DNA from: a virus
Virus record (IMG/VR): IMGVR_UViG_3300047470_000343
Span: 1-64,000 of that record
Length of the DNA stretch: 64,000 nucleotides
Reading direction: 5' to 3' (one strand)
Below are positions 9,450 through 19,548 of this stretch, one piece after another. A program made the translations under genes and the position numbers. Within the stretch, counting starts at the first letter, position 1, and each line of letters starts with the position of its first letter. A model generated the notes under the pieces. The model did no database searches, had not been told where the DNA came from, and was given only the letters and a program-made list of their open reading frames with translations.

Positions 9450-9657
9450 CCGCACCCCCGCCCGGCCGCCGCGGCGCTGCTTCGCCCGGCGGCCGGCCCA
9501 CGGAACCCGGCCCCGCCCGCGCACGCGTAAGGCGGTCTCACGGGTTCCACACACGCACTTCCTTCCTGGTCAGCGCTTCGCCCCTCGGTTCGCCCGCGGG
9601 GCGGCGTCTGGCGCTCTTCTCTCCCCTTCTCTGCCCTTGGAGGCATCCGTGGCTTTC

Positions 9658-10323
9658 ATGTCCCCGTCCCTTGCTCCCATCCCGTTCGATCCGTTCGCGG
9701 TGGGCCACGAGTTCGGTGTCACGGCGGTGAACGCCCGCCTGTTGCAGGCCGGTACGCCGGAGACGCGCCGCGAGCACGACTACCTGAAGTTCCAGTTGGA
9801 AGCCGCCATGCAGCGTGCGGAGGACAAGGGTGTCCCGGAGGGGATGCCGCTCCGTGTCCGGTCGCTGAACGGCATGACCTACCTGACGTTCTCCTCCGGA
9901 CTCCTGGGCAGTGGCCTGATCGCCTCGGGGATCGACGCGCTGAGCGGCCGTTCCGTGTTCCAGGTGCGCGGTTCCGGTCTCGCCGCGCCCGTCGCCGCTT
10001 CGGTGCTTCGCGCCGTCCGTCAGTGCGTGATGGACATGGAGCCGCCCATGCAGGTGGTTACCCGCCCCGTCGGGCCCGCCGTGTACGACCCGGCGCTCTA
10101 CCGGCCGGAGCGGCTGATGGTGTTCCGCCCCCGGGGACTTGGGCGCACTGACGCTTCCCGGCTCGCCCGGGTCGACGTGTCCACGTGCTGGGTGGACAGC
10201 GCGTCGTGGCTGCTCGAAGCGCTGATCACGGGTGTGGAGGTCGCCCGGGAGGTCTCGGATCGGGAGTACAGCGCCGCCGTTGTCCACGCGTTCGCCGACG
10301 ACTCGGTGTGCCCCGGGTACTGA
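9658..10323 (+). CDS. hypothetical protein
   Basis: GGAGG RBS; plausible globular composition. Confidence 0.65.
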   Translation: MSPSLAPIPFDPFAVGHEFGVTAVNARLLQAGTPETRREHDYLKFQLEAAMQRAEDKGVPEGMPLRVRSLNGMTYLTFSSGLLGSGLIASGIDALSGRSVFQVRGSGLAAPVAASVLRAVRQCVMDMEPPMQVVTRPVGPAVYDPALYRPERLMVFRPRGLGRTDASRLARVDVSTCWVDSASWLLEALITGVEVAREVSDREYSAAVVHAFADDSVCPGY

Positions 10324-10501
10324 GTGCCGGCTGCGGGGGCGCGGTCTTGTGCCGCGCCCCCGCCATCCCCCCGCGTTCCGCTGTGTTCCGCAGTCGGCCG
10401 TAGGCGCCCCCGGGCGTCGCGGCCGTGTGCAGGGCGCGCCGTAACCGCGTCTGCCGGGCCATCATCCGGGCCCGTTCCCCCCTTGAGCCGTTGGAGGACT
10501 C

Positions 10502-11083
10502 ATGAGAGCCGTCGCCACGAAGGACAGCATGCGGAATCTGCTGACCGGCGGGCAGAACGCCGTACGGGCCGTGGAGGAGCGCGGTTCCCAGCACACGGGA
10601 GAGGCGCTGTTCGCGGCGCTGTGCAGTCTGCCGCTCCTGGACATGGACGACCGGGCGTACTGCCGTGTGCAGACGGCCATACGGGAGGTCGCCAAGGTGG
10701 AGGACTCGCCGGTGTGGGCGCTCCTCGACAGTGCGTCGTTCGCCGTGGCCGTGTGGGTGGACGACCCGGGCGCGGTCGGTGCCGCCGATGCCGCGCTGAC
10801 GATGGTGATGCGTCTCGCCGTGCACTGCTCGTACGCCTGCACCGGCGGTCGTATCGGCGGCCTGGAAGACAAGGCGTGGAAGCGTGCGCACCTTGCCGGG
10901 CTGACGGCCGTGCGCGCCATGGCCGGAGCGGCGAGCGGAAGCGACTTCCGGACGCTCGACAAGGCCATGTCGGAGTTCTCGGCCGCGGTACGCCGCGCGG
11001 TGCCGTATGTGGCCCTGTACACGGCCCGCACCGCGCTGGAGGAGTTCGCCCGCACCTACCGCGTCCCCGTCGACCAGGCCTGA
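10502..11083 (+). CDS. hypothetical helical protein
   Basis: GGAGG RBS, ATG. Confidence 0.7.
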   Translation: MRAVATKDSMRNLLTGGQNAVRAVEERGSQHTGEALFAALCSLPLLDMDDRAYCRVQTAIREVAKVEDSPVWALLDSASFAVAVWVDDPGAVGAADAALTMVMRLAVHCSYACTGGRIGGLEDKAWKRAHLAGLTAVRAMAGAASGSDFRTLDKAMSEFSAAVRRAVPYVALYTARTALEEFARTYRVPVDQA

Positions 11084-11152
11084 CCCGACCGCCGGCCGAG
11101 GCGCATCCCTTCGCCCCGGCCCCCTTCTCTTGATCCCTCGGAGGACTCGACC

Positions 11153-11551
11153 GTGAAGCCGAAGCCGCCCTACTGCCACATCACCGCCTACCCCATGCCG
11201 ATCGTGTCGGCGCCGCAGGCCATCTCCCTGGAAGGAGAGTTGCCGGGCGTCGAGGTCGACTTGGAGGCCCTGCCCGGTGACGCCTGGTGGGTGCTCTACG
11301 AGGTCGCCAGCCCGCACATCGGCCCCCACACGGGACGCGCACCGGCGCAACGCGGCGGGTTCCCGGCCATGACCACCGCCGACGTACGCGAGGAACTGAC
11401 CGGGGCCGCCACCGATGCTCGCGGTATGGGACGTAGGTGGCCGGGCCTGAAGACGTCGTTCGATGCGGAAGCCCAGGTCATCTACGTGCGGTTCGGCGCA
11501 TGGCTCTGGTCGCCAGCCACGGTCGAAGCGTACGTGCGCGTCGCCCCCTGA
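11153..11551 (+). CDS. hypothetical protein
   Basis: GGAGG RBS, GTG. Confidence 0.65.
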   Translation: MKPKPPYCHITAYPMPIVSAPQAISLEGELPGVEVDLEALPGDAWWVLYEVASPHIGPHTGRAPAQRGGFPAMTTADVREELTGAATDARGMGRRWPGLKTSFDAEAQVIYVRFGAWLWSPATVEAYVRVAP

Positions 11552-11674
11552 TTGCTGCCCCGCCCGGGGTGTTCTGTGCCCCGGGCCGGTCCGCTGCTTC
11601 CTCCCCTCGGCCGTACTGCGGCCGTGCGTAGGGCGCACCGTGCCCCCCGTGACTGACCTAGTGAGGAGACCGTC

Positions 11675-12313
11675 ATGCCCGTTCTGATCGCACCCCCCGC
11701 GCCGACGTTGGAGGCCACCGTGCCCGCGCCGGTGCCGCAACGGTTCTGGGTGGGCGACCGTGTGGTGCGCTGGATGGCGGACACCGGGACGGAGATCCGG
11801 CGCGATGAAGCGGCGTGGAGGTTCGCGGCGGACTCGCCCCGGCAGGTGACGACGTCCTTCGGGGACGCGCCGGTCCGGGCGGGCCTGTCGAAGGTGCTGG
11901 GCGACCAGCGGATGCGGTTCGTGCCGCGCTACGTCTCCACTGCCGACCCGCTCCCCGGGCTGCCGGTGAAGACGCGGACGGGTATGGAGTCAATCGCGCT
12001 GGACGCCGACAGTGTGATCCCGTTCGTCGCGTCGTTCGGGGAGTGCAAAGGGTTCTGGAGCCTGCGGGACCTGACCGCGCAGCAGGCCGGGGCCGACGCC
12101 GCTCTGTGCGTCCCCGCGGTGATGCCGGTCGAGCAGATGCGCGAGGCCCTGGCCGTGATGCTCGACGAGTACCCGGCCGCCGTGTCGTTTCACCGCCCGT
12201 CGGGCCGCTTCTACGCCCGGTACGAGACGTGGGGGGAGCGCGAGGAAGGCGGCCGCCCGCTCGTGCAGCTCCGCACGTTCGCGTACGTGCTCGCCGCTCC
12301 CGAGGGTCGTTGA
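11675..12313 (+). CDS. hypothetical protein
   Basis: GAGGAG RBS, ATG. Confidence 0.7.
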   Translation: MPVLIAPPAPTLEATVPAPVPQRFWVGDRVVRWMADTGTEIRRDEAAWRFAADSPRQVTTSFGDAPVRAGLSKVLGDQRMRFVPRYVSTADPLPGLPVKTRTGMESIALDADSVIPFVASFGECKGFWSLRDLTAQQAGADAALCVPAVMPVEQMREALAVMLDEYPAAVSFHRPSGRFYARYETWGEREEGGRPLVQLRTFAYVLAAPEGR

Positions 12314-12370
12314 CCCGTTCATTCGACGGCGGCCCCGTAGCGGGTCGCCTCTTCCCCTGGAGAGAGACCC

Positions 12371-12667
12371 ATGTCGACCCTGCACGAGCGGAACGCGCTC
12401 GCGGAGATTTTGCTGGACACCGTGAAGGAGCTGGTGGACGCGCTGGAGCCGTTCGGGCAGACGCTGCTGGCGATGGAGCCGGAGGCGTGGCCCGCGGACG
12501 CGGTGGCGGTGCGCGTCGCCTACGGCCGGTTCGAGCTCGCGCGGAAGGCCGCGACCGCGGTCGGGCACCGGCTGACGCTGGAACAGATCGCCGTCGAGTT
12601 CGAGCTCGTTGAGGCGTACTGGCGCAACGGGGGCCCGGTCCGTCTGGGCCCGCCGCCCCCGGGCTAG
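12371..12667 (+). CDS. hypothetical protein
   Basis: GGAGAG RBS, ATG. Confidence 0.65.
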   Translation: MSTLHERNALAEILLDTVKELVDALEPFGQTLLAMEPEAWPADAVAVRVAYGRFELARKAATAVGHRLTLEQIAVEFELVEAYWRNGGPVRLGPPPPG

Positions 12668-12732
12668 TAACGCCGCTTCCCCCGCCAGGCGGTGTCCGCC
12701 GCCCGGCCCCCTTCCCCTTCTTGGAGAGAACG

Positions 12733-13413
12733 ATGACAACTTCCCCTCACCGCACGCGGTCCCGGTCCGTGCTTGTGGCCGTGCTTCAGGCGCAGACGCT
12801 GGCGGACGCGCGGAAAGCGGTGGCTGCTGAGGTGCTGCCGTTCCTGGAGCGCGCCGACAGGCTGCTCGGGGACGGCATGGTGTGGTTGCGCCGCGAGGTG
12901 CACGACATCGCCCGGTACGGCGTGCCGGTCCAGCACGAGCGGATCGACGCCCTGGTCGACGTGGCGAACGCGCTGCTCCGCGGCGAGACGGTCGAGCAGG
13001 CCGGGCTCATGGCGGAGTACAAGACGCCCGAGCCCGCGTGGACCGGGGACTACAAAGTGCAGTGGATCCCGAAGAGCTCGGCTCCGGCCGTCGGCTACTT
13101 CCCGAACCCGGTGTGGCAGCAGAGCCCGCACCAGGGCGAGGCGATACGGCTGCTCACCGCGGCGGGTCTGATCCCGGCGCACTTCGGGGAGTACATCGGG
13201 ATCGGCGGATGGATGTGCGAGTCGGAGGGGTTCATGGTGAGCGCCGCGGACACGGACGACTCCAGCGTGCCCGGACTGTGGGTCAGTCCGGCCGGGAACT
13301 CGGCGGGCGAGCAACAGGCCCGAGTGCCGGCGGTCATGCGCGAGGCCGGGTGGCGTGTGCAGGATGACCCGGCGTGGCCGGGGACGTGGGAGGTGTTCCC
13401 GCCGGGCGAGTAG
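12733..13413 (+). CDS. hypothetical protein
   Basis: GGAGAG RBS, ATG. Confidence 0.7.
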   Translation: MTTSPHRTRSRSVLVAVLQAQTLADARKAVAAEVLPFLERADRLLGDGMVWLRREVHDIARYGVPVQHERIDALVDVANALLRGETVEQAGLMAEYKTPEPAWTGDYKVQWIPKSSAPAVGYFPNPVWQQSPHQGEAIRLLTAAGLIPAHFGEYIGIGGWMCESEGFMVSAADTDDSSVPGLWVSPAGNSAGEQQARVPAVMREAGWRVQDDPAWPGTWEVFPPGE

Positions 13414-13469
13414 CGGGACGTCAGGGAGGGGAGTGCCGGAGAAAGTTCGGTCGCTCCCCTCCCCCCTTT

Positions 13470-13557
13470 TGTTGATGTGGCGTACGCTTTTCACGTTGGC
13501 AGTCACGAGCGAGACGGCCGACGAAACGCTCCCGAACACGACCAGAAGGGGCACCCC
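13470..13557 (+). promoter_or_regulatory. early leader: TGTTGATGTGG box, TACGCT, ACGAGCGA hairpin copy 5
   Basis: GCAGTC-ACGAGCGA-GACGGC at 13499-13518. Confidence 0.75.
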
Positions 13558-14346
13558 ATGCCCGCAACGCTGCCCGGCGCGCGCATGTCCGCCGCCGCAG
13601 TCCTCCTCACCGCCCGACCGTTCCTCGGCAACGGCTGGCAGGCCTACCCCGCCCCCGACGGACAGTTCCGGGGGAGCCTTCGCTCCCACCGCGGACACGT
13701 CGTCACCTTCGACGGCGCCGCGGGCCGCATGGTGTTCGCTACCGCGCTCCTCCCCGACGGCACCCGCGTCCCGTACGCGGGCCAGGCCGCCGCCGAGACG
13801 GTCACCGCGTACGCCGAAGCCCTCGCGGACATCATCCGCACCACCCTCGCGCCGCTCCACGCCTCGCACTGCCGCGTGCACCAGGTGCTCCCCGAGCTCA
13901 GTGCAGCGCTCGGCCGCCGGCCGCACCGCACGGTGTGGGACCACGGCGCCGCCTACACGTCATGGACGCTGCCCGGCGGTGGCCGTGCCCGCGCGCAGTT
14001 CCACAACCCCGCCCGGCTCGCCAGGCACGCCGGAGCGAGCGCGTCCGTCTCCTTCGCCGACCCGACCGCCGAGGAAGCCGCGTCCGTCGTCCGGGCCATC
14101 GACACGACCAACGCCGACCCCCGCCAGTACGACACCGTCCACGGCCGCCTCGCGCACCTGCTGAAGGTCGCCGGTCCCGGACTGCGCCCCCTCGACGGCC
14201 CCGACGGGCTCACCGCCGCTCTCACGGTCGACGGGCTGCTCACCGTCGAGTTCGCCTACGCCGCCGGGTTCTCCGAGGCATGGGTGAGCCGCGTGACCGT
14301 CCACGGCTCCCTGCGCAACGTCCTCGCCGCCGCCCGCGCCATCTGA
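13558..14346 (+). CDS. hypothetical protein
   Basis: GAAGGGG RBS, ATG. Confidence 0.7.
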   Translation: MPATLPGARMSAAAVLLTARPFLGNGWQAYPAPDGQFRGSLRSHRGHVVTFDGAAGRMVFATALLPDGTRVPYAGQAAAETVTAYAEALADIIRTTLAPLHASHCRVHQVLPELSAALGRRPHRTVWDHGAAYTSWTLPGGGRARAQFHNPARLARHAGASASVSFADPTAEEAASVVRAIDTTNADPRQYDTVHGRLAHLLKVAGPGLRPLDGPDGLTAALTVDGLLTVEFAYAAGFSEAWVSRVTVHGSLRNVLAAARAI

Positions 14347-14432
14347 CCCACCTCCCTGGCATGCCGCCGCCCGGCCGGCTGCGCGCACCGTGCAGCCGCG
14401 CCCGGCCCTTCCCTCGAAACGGAGTCCCCGCC

Positions 14433-15428
14433 ATGACGACGCCCAACATCCTCGCCGCCCAAGCCACTCAGGCATCCATCACCGTGAAGCGGCGCCCCCT
14501 GCTGGCCGAGCTCCTCGAACTCGGGGAGCGGCTGACCAAGGCCAGCGAAGAGCGCGTGACCGCGACGCACACCGCGAACCGGGCCCGCGGTCTCCTCGAC
14601 AACGCCACGGCGCAGATGCGCGAGCACCAGGCGATGCTGCCCATGCTCCCCGCCGACCCGCGCCGCAACGAGCGGATCGCAGGCGAAGCGGTGGTGGTGG
14701 AGACCCTGCGCCAGGCACACCTCGACGCGCGGGCCCTGGCCGCCGCCACGGCCGTCGTGGAGGAAGCGCTCGCCATGGAAGTGGACTGGTGCAGGCAGCG
14801 CATCCTCAACCTGCACCGCCCCGGGACCGCCTCCCATGGCGAAGCCGTGCGCGTCACCGGCCGGGCGGAAGAGTTCGTGGTCGCCGCCGCCTACAGCGTG
14901 ACCCACTGGAGCGGTGGCGCGGAGAAGGGCACCCGTCACCTGACGCAGCGCAAGGCGGTCGGTCTGGTCGATGCGTGGCAGCGGACGGGGGCGCCGGTGC
15001 TGCGCGACGCCGTCGGCGGTCTGTTCATCGAGCCGGACGGACAGGTGATCGAGCTGCGGCCCGTCACCGCTCCGGCCGTGCGGCATGAGGCGCGCCCGCT
15101 GATGGCCGCGCTCGGCGTCTACGGCTGGAAGGCCTTCATCGACCACTGCAACGGCCGCTCCTTCCTCGCCGTGGCGCTCGACCCGGCCACGCCGGAAGCC
15201 GAGACGTACTCGGGCCCGTACCTGACGATCCAGTCCGGCCAGCACGCGACCCGGCTCGTCCAGGCCCATGACGAGCCGTGGACGCTCACCCCGTTCGACG
15301 CCGACGGCGCCAGCGGTGAGCCGCTGTACACCGGCGACCCGGGCCTGAGTCTCGCCGCGGACTCCGCAGCGTGCGCCCGCGCGGCCGCCGAGTACGCAGC
15401 GGCGGGGGACCGAGGACGGCCGAACTAA
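14433..15428 (+). CDS. hypothetical protein: N-terminal coiled coil, C-terminal shared domain
   Basis: GGAG RBS; C-terminal H..W....DADG...PLY....ADSAA. Confidence 0.75.
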   Translation: MTTPNILAAQATQASITVKRRPLLAELLELGERLTKASEERVTATHTANRARGLLDNATAQMREHQAMLPMLPADPRRNERIAGEAVVVETLRQAHLDARALAAATAVVEEALAMEVDWCRQRILNLHRPGTASHGEAVRVTGRAEEFVVAAAYSVTHWSGGAEKGTRHLTQRKAVGLVDAWQRTGAPVLRDAVGGLFIEPDGQVIELRPVTAPAVRHEARPLMAALGVYGWKAFIDHCNGRSFLAVALDPATPEAETYSGPYLTIQSGQHATRLVQAHDEPWTLTPFDADGASGEPLYTGDPGLSLAADSAACARAAAEYAAAGDRGRPN

Positions 15429-15451
15429 CTAACCGACTGGTCAGTAATAAA

Positions 15452-15483
15452 CAGCGGCCCCGGACTTTGGTCCGGGGCTGTTG
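15452..15483. terminator. GC-rich hairpin, probable terminator
   Basis: GCCCCGGAC-TTTG-GTCCGGGGC after the last gene of the array. Confidence 0.55.
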
Positions 15484-15717
15484 ACGTGGGGTTCGATCAA
15501 ACGCCAGACGCAGCAACGGTGTACGCGCGTAGAGCCCCTGTGAGCTCCGGTTTGAGTGACCTACGCACCCGTAACTAACGTTGACACTAGAGATCCGGCG
15601 GGGAAAGATCTCGGACAGTGGCGCAATGATCACGGGCCGAATCGGCATTTCGGACTCTGGTTTGGTGCCTCAAACACCTCCACATCTCCACCGTTCCACT
15701 TTCATGGAGGGCGCCGA

Positions 15718-16182
15718 ATGACCACCTTCCCGGATATGTCAGCAGCGCGGGACCGTCCCGCCTCCTGGCTCCACCTGCCGGACAAGGCCGCACTGAACGG
15801 CCTCGGTGTGACCCACCGCAGCCGGATCGCCGTGGCCGCCACCGCCGAGGCTCCGATGAAGGCCCGGACCGTAGCCCGCTCCGTGATGTCCCTCATGCTC
15901 GGAGCATCGGAAGCCTCCGCCGCGGTGAACAGGCAGGTACAGGCGTGCGTCTCCGAGCTCGCCGCCATCGCCTACACCCGGGCCGTCGGCTCGCATCTGC
16001 TGTGCGAACTGTGGCGCGACAGTGACCACGTCTTCGTGGCCGTGCAGCACGACGAGCCGCTCCCCCTGCTCCCCGACGACACCACGATCGGCCTGAACGT
16101 CGTGAAGGCCCTCGCCGACGACTACGGCTCCCACATGGTCGACGGCATGTCCCAGATGTGGGCAGCGATCCGGCTCCGCTGA
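15718..16182 (+). CDS. RsbW/HATPase_c-like protein with degenerate ATP-binding boxes
   Basis: AR..VSELAAIA..VAV..GLNVVKALADDYG..MWA matches the Streptomyces ATP-binding (anti-sigma) protein layout. Confidence 0.7.
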   Translation: MTTFPDMSAARDRPASWLHLPDKAALNGLGVTHRSRIAVAATAEAPMKARTVARSVMSLMLGASEASAAVNRQVQACVSELAAIAYTRAVGSHLLCELWRDSDHVFVAVQHDEPLPLLPDDTTIGLNVVKALADDYGSHMVDGMSQMWAAIRLR

Positions 16183-16223
16183 CACTGCTCCCCCGGGGAA
16201 CACCCCGGCCCGCGTGCAACGGC

Positions 16224-17678
16224 TCAGCCGTAGATCTGCCACCGACTCAGCTCCTGAGCAGGCAGCATCTCCCAGCAGTCCAGCCGCCCCTCCGACTCGA
16301 TGCGTTCGGCAGCTAGCGCTTCTACCTCGGCCCACAAGTCCTCGCCCGACCGGAATGCAGGGGCGTCCGCCGTCAGCGCGGCAATCTCCTGCGACGTGAG
16401 CAGAACCCGACTCGGGTCCGCGTCCTGAAGTCCACGAGGCACCCTCCGCTCCTTGCTGCGCCCGCGGCCGGCACTCGTGCGCACCTGCGCCCGCAGCGGC
16501 TGAGTTTCCTCCCACCGGCCCGCGAACTCGGGATTCCTCGCGGCCAGCCACGTGTCGTAGCGCTCCTCAGCGGTCGGAGCCTGCCGGTACGGGCGGACCG
16601 AGTCGTCAGGCAGGAACAGATCGCCGTTGTTCGCCCGGCGCCGGATCTCGGCCGACACGTACGCCGCGACGTTCCGCGGCCGCCAGGGGACCGCCCACCG
16701 CCCGAGCTCCCGGCCGATCTCCTCCCAGCTCCAGCCCGCGGCCATCAACGGGCGCAGCGCGTACGCGAACCTGCGCACGCAGAAGCCTTGGGCCCACCAG
16801 GTGTGCAACTGGACCTCCCGGGCCTTGAGCATGGCAAGGGAGGTCTGCTGCGGCGTCCACCGGGCCGAGCGGTGAGCGGTGCCGCGAGCAGCGCGCTTGC
16901 GCGTCGTGTCTGTAGATCTCTCACCAACAGTTGATGAAGTACGGGGCTTAGGTACACCCACAGAAGGGGTGCACCGGCCGGAGTTGTCCACAGGGCCTGA
17001 ACTGGGGTTATCCACAGGGGCGGAGGCCTGGTTCCCGGCCCGCTTCGCCCGCGCTTCGGCGACCGCGAGCGTGCGGCCCTGGTCGGTCACGCCGATGACC
17101 CGGGCTCGGTACCCGGTGCCGTCGAGCCGACGGCCGTGCGCCTGGTCCCAGACCGGTGGGGCCACGGGCGCGTAGATGGTCGCCGTCCGCTTGAAGCCGA
17201 TCCCCGGGCCGAATGCCTCGCCGTGCCGGGCCCGGAGTGCGTTGCGCCGCGAGCTGCCGCGCTCCATCCAGGCGAGCAGGCCGAGCGCCCGGAGGAACCC
17301 GACGTGCTGCGTGATGCACCGCCGGGACAGCTTCAGCCGGTCGACCATGCCGTCCAGGCAGTAGGCCACCGTGCCGTCCTGGCTGCCCGGCATCCGCACG
17401 GCGATGTCCTCGGCGACGCGCACGGTCGTCGCGTTCGCGCCCTGGCAGAACCCGGCCCCGACCATGAACGCCACAGCGGGCAGCCACTGTTCGGGCATAC
17501 GGATCCGGCGGGACGCGGTTCGGGCGACCCACTGGGCCGTCTCGTCGTCCACGAGATGGAAGCCGAGGGCAGGTTTCCCCTCGGTGTCCGAGGTCACGGC
17601 ATTGATTTGTCGGCGCGTCGCCGGGTTGGGCTGGCAGCGCGCGCGGGCATGCGGCATCATGGCTCCGAGCTCAGGCAT
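16224..17678 (-). CDS. plasmid-type replication initiator (wHTH); start uncertain
   Basis: HTH-like GMVDRLKLSRRCITQHVGFLRALGLLAW; TATIYA; internal DnaA boxes that translate as PVDN. Confidence 0.6.
   Translation of the reverse strand: MPELGAMMPHARARCQPNPATRRQINAVTSDTEGKPALGFHLVDDETAQWVARTASRRIRMPEQWLPAVAFMVGAGFCQGANATTVRVAEDIAVRMPGSQDGTVAYCLDGMVDRLKLSRRCITQHVGFLRALGLLAWMERGSSRRNALRARHGEAFGPGIGFKRTATIYAPVAPPVWDQAHGRRLDGTGYRARVIGVTDQGRTLAVAEARAKRAGNQASAPVDNPSSGPVDNSGRCTPSVGVPKPRTSSTVGERSTDTTRKRAARGTAHRSARWTPQQTSLAMLKAREVQLHTWWAQGFCVRRFAYALRPLMAAGWSWEEIGRELGRWAVPWRPRNVAAYVSAEIRRRANNGDLFLPDDSVRPYRQAPTAEERYDTWLAARNPEFAGRWEETQPLRAQVRTSAGRGRSKERRVPRGLQDADPSRVLLTSQEIAALTADAPAFRSGEDLWAEVEALAAERIESEGRLDCWEMLPAQELSRWQIYG
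16984..17016. promoter_or_regulatory. two DnaA boxes (TTGTCCACA, TTATCCACA)
   Basis: Exact consensus matches at 16984-16992 and 17008-17016. Confidence 0.7.
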
Positions 17679-18273
17679 CGAAAAAGGGCATGAAAAAGCC
17701 CCGCTTGAGTGCTCTGGTGGTAGTTCGGAGACTCGATCAGTTGATCGGATCTCCTCGTCGGATCTGGTAAATCCGGCGATGAAGGGCCGTGGGAGTCGCT
17801 GGGGGTGAGATCCCGGCGCTACGACCGCGGTTCAGCGGGAAGGGGCGGATGGTCCGAGGTGAGATTCGGGCCGGGGAGCCACTCCCGCGGGTAGCTAGGC
17901 GATAAGACCTCCGAGGGGGAGCGACGCACAGAACACGGGCACCAGGACCGCAGACAGCACACAAAGGCCCACCGGACGCCGGCGCACGACGCGCCGCCCG
18001 GTGGGCCTAGTCGTTGTTGCGTGATCCCCACCGTGGGCGGGTACATTGGTGCTCATCGAGACCGATCCTTCTTGTAGGTCTCCCAGGAAAGCCCCGCCAG
18101 GGACGCTCTGCTGCTGGTTTGGACGCCGGTGCAGTGTGAGCGTGGCGGGGTATTTCTGGTTCTGGTGGCTATTCAAGTTGACCGCGATGCTAGCGGTGGC
18201 CCTCAGACTAGACCGTCGGCAGTGCTCCGCGTGTCTATCCCACACAGCGTGCCGTCGTGTCGATGACTAGTCA

Positions 18274-18837
18274 TCACCGGCCCTTGCCCTTGCGGGCGGT
18301 GAACTTGTCGCTTGCCTGCTCGGCCTGGTACTCGGCGACGTGCTGCTCGGGCAAGTAGGCGACGGGCAGGCCGGTCTCGTTGTCGCAGATCGCCCAGGGC
18401 AGCAGCTTGCCGTCGTACCGCTGGTCGTCCTGCGGGCGGAACTGTGTGCCGTAGCGGGCGGGCGGCCGTCGGCGGTCGGAGAGGGGGCCCACCGACCGGA
18501 ACAGTCGGCTGATGCGCCGCTCCGTGTCGGGGGAGGCGGTCTCTTCCGCCGGGTCGCCCGCCGGGGCGGCCTCCGGGAGCGGTGGGGCCGGCCACTGGTT
18601 GGTGTCGATGCCGACCTTCCTCAGTTCCGCCAGCGGGGTGTGGGTGCTGCGCGCCAGGAGGTAGGTGTTCTGTTCCTCGCGCGTGCCCGCCTGCCGGTGC
18701 CCGAGCGAGACGTGCAGGGCCTGGAGATCCCCGCGGAGCCGCTCGGCGGTCGTGTGGTCGTCGTTGTACAGCGCGGCGAACAGGCGGTTGACCATGTCGG
18801 TCCGGTACTGGGCTATCGAGTGCTCGTCCACAGCCAC
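18274..18837 (-). CDS. hypothetical protein
   Basis: 187-aa ORF with AAGGA RBS. Confidence 0.65.
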   Translation of the reverse strand: MAVDEHSIAQYRTDMVNRLFAALYNDDHTTAERLRGDLQALHVSLGHRQAGTREEQNTYLLARSTHTPLAELRKVGIDTNQWPAPPLPEAAPAGDPAEETASPDTERRISRLFRSVGPLSDRRRPPARYGTQFRPQDDQRYDGKLLPWAICDNETGLPVAYLPEQHVAEYQAEQASDKFTARKGKGR

Positions 18838-18916
18838 ATCCTTGCTGGTTGACGGGCACTTACTCCGATGATCACCGGGTCTTCACTGGCTGGTCCGAAC
18901 ATCTCCGGGTGCTCGG

Positions 18917-19147
18917 TCACACCGCTACCTGGAGGCGCTGGGCCGGGAGCGGGTGGAGGCGGACGCGCTTGTAGCGGAGTTGGCCCTCGACGCGGCACAC
19001 CGTGATGGAGCCCCTCCGGCGGCCGGCGCGCAGCAGCTTGTCGGCTTCCCGGAGCGGCAGGCCGATGTGGCGGGCACTGTCCTCGGCGTCGAGCCAGGTT
19101 TCCCACGGAAGTCGGTTGATGCGCTGCGCCACGTTGTCAGCGTTCAT
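18917..19147 (-). CDS. small putative winged-HTH nucleic-acid-binding protein
   Basis: WLDAEDSARHIGLPLREADKLLRAG..basic wing. Confidence 0.55.
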   Translation of the reverse strand: MNADNVAQRINRLPWETWLDAEDSARHIGLPLREADKLLRAGRRRGSITVCRVEGQLRYKRVRLHPLPAQRLQVAV

Positions 19148-19177
19148 GGCATTGGCCCCCTTTCTTCTCCTGGTTGT

Positions 19178-19236
19178 GCCGGTTCGCTCGTACCGGCTCA
19201 GGGGTTGCGTGCCCACAGTAATGCACTCCACGTCAA
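19178..19236 (-). promoter_or_regulatory. leader with TTGACGTGGAGTGC box and ACGAGCGA hairpin copy 6
   Basis: GCCGGT-ACGAGCGA-ACCGGC at 19178-19197. Confidence 0.75.
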
Positions 19237-19548
19237 TCGCTAAGAGAAAGTGCCGATTGTTCGACCTGTCGACCGGTTTGGACGTAGGACGTGTGAACAC
19301 GCTGGAAACGTCTTGTCTCAACTTGGTAACTTTCCGGCCACCCCTCTGGCCCGAAATGATAAACGCCTTGGGCGACTTGCCCGGAATGCCTGACGGCTAA
19401 TCAGGACACATAAGACGACAGTTATTCACTTCTCCACCCACCCATCTCGTAGCTTTTCGATTATCTGTTCGAGTCAGTAGTACTCTAGCGCCACACCACT
19501 GACGGAAGATGGCCCTCAAGCAGCAACGACAGGGGAGCGGGGGAGCGG

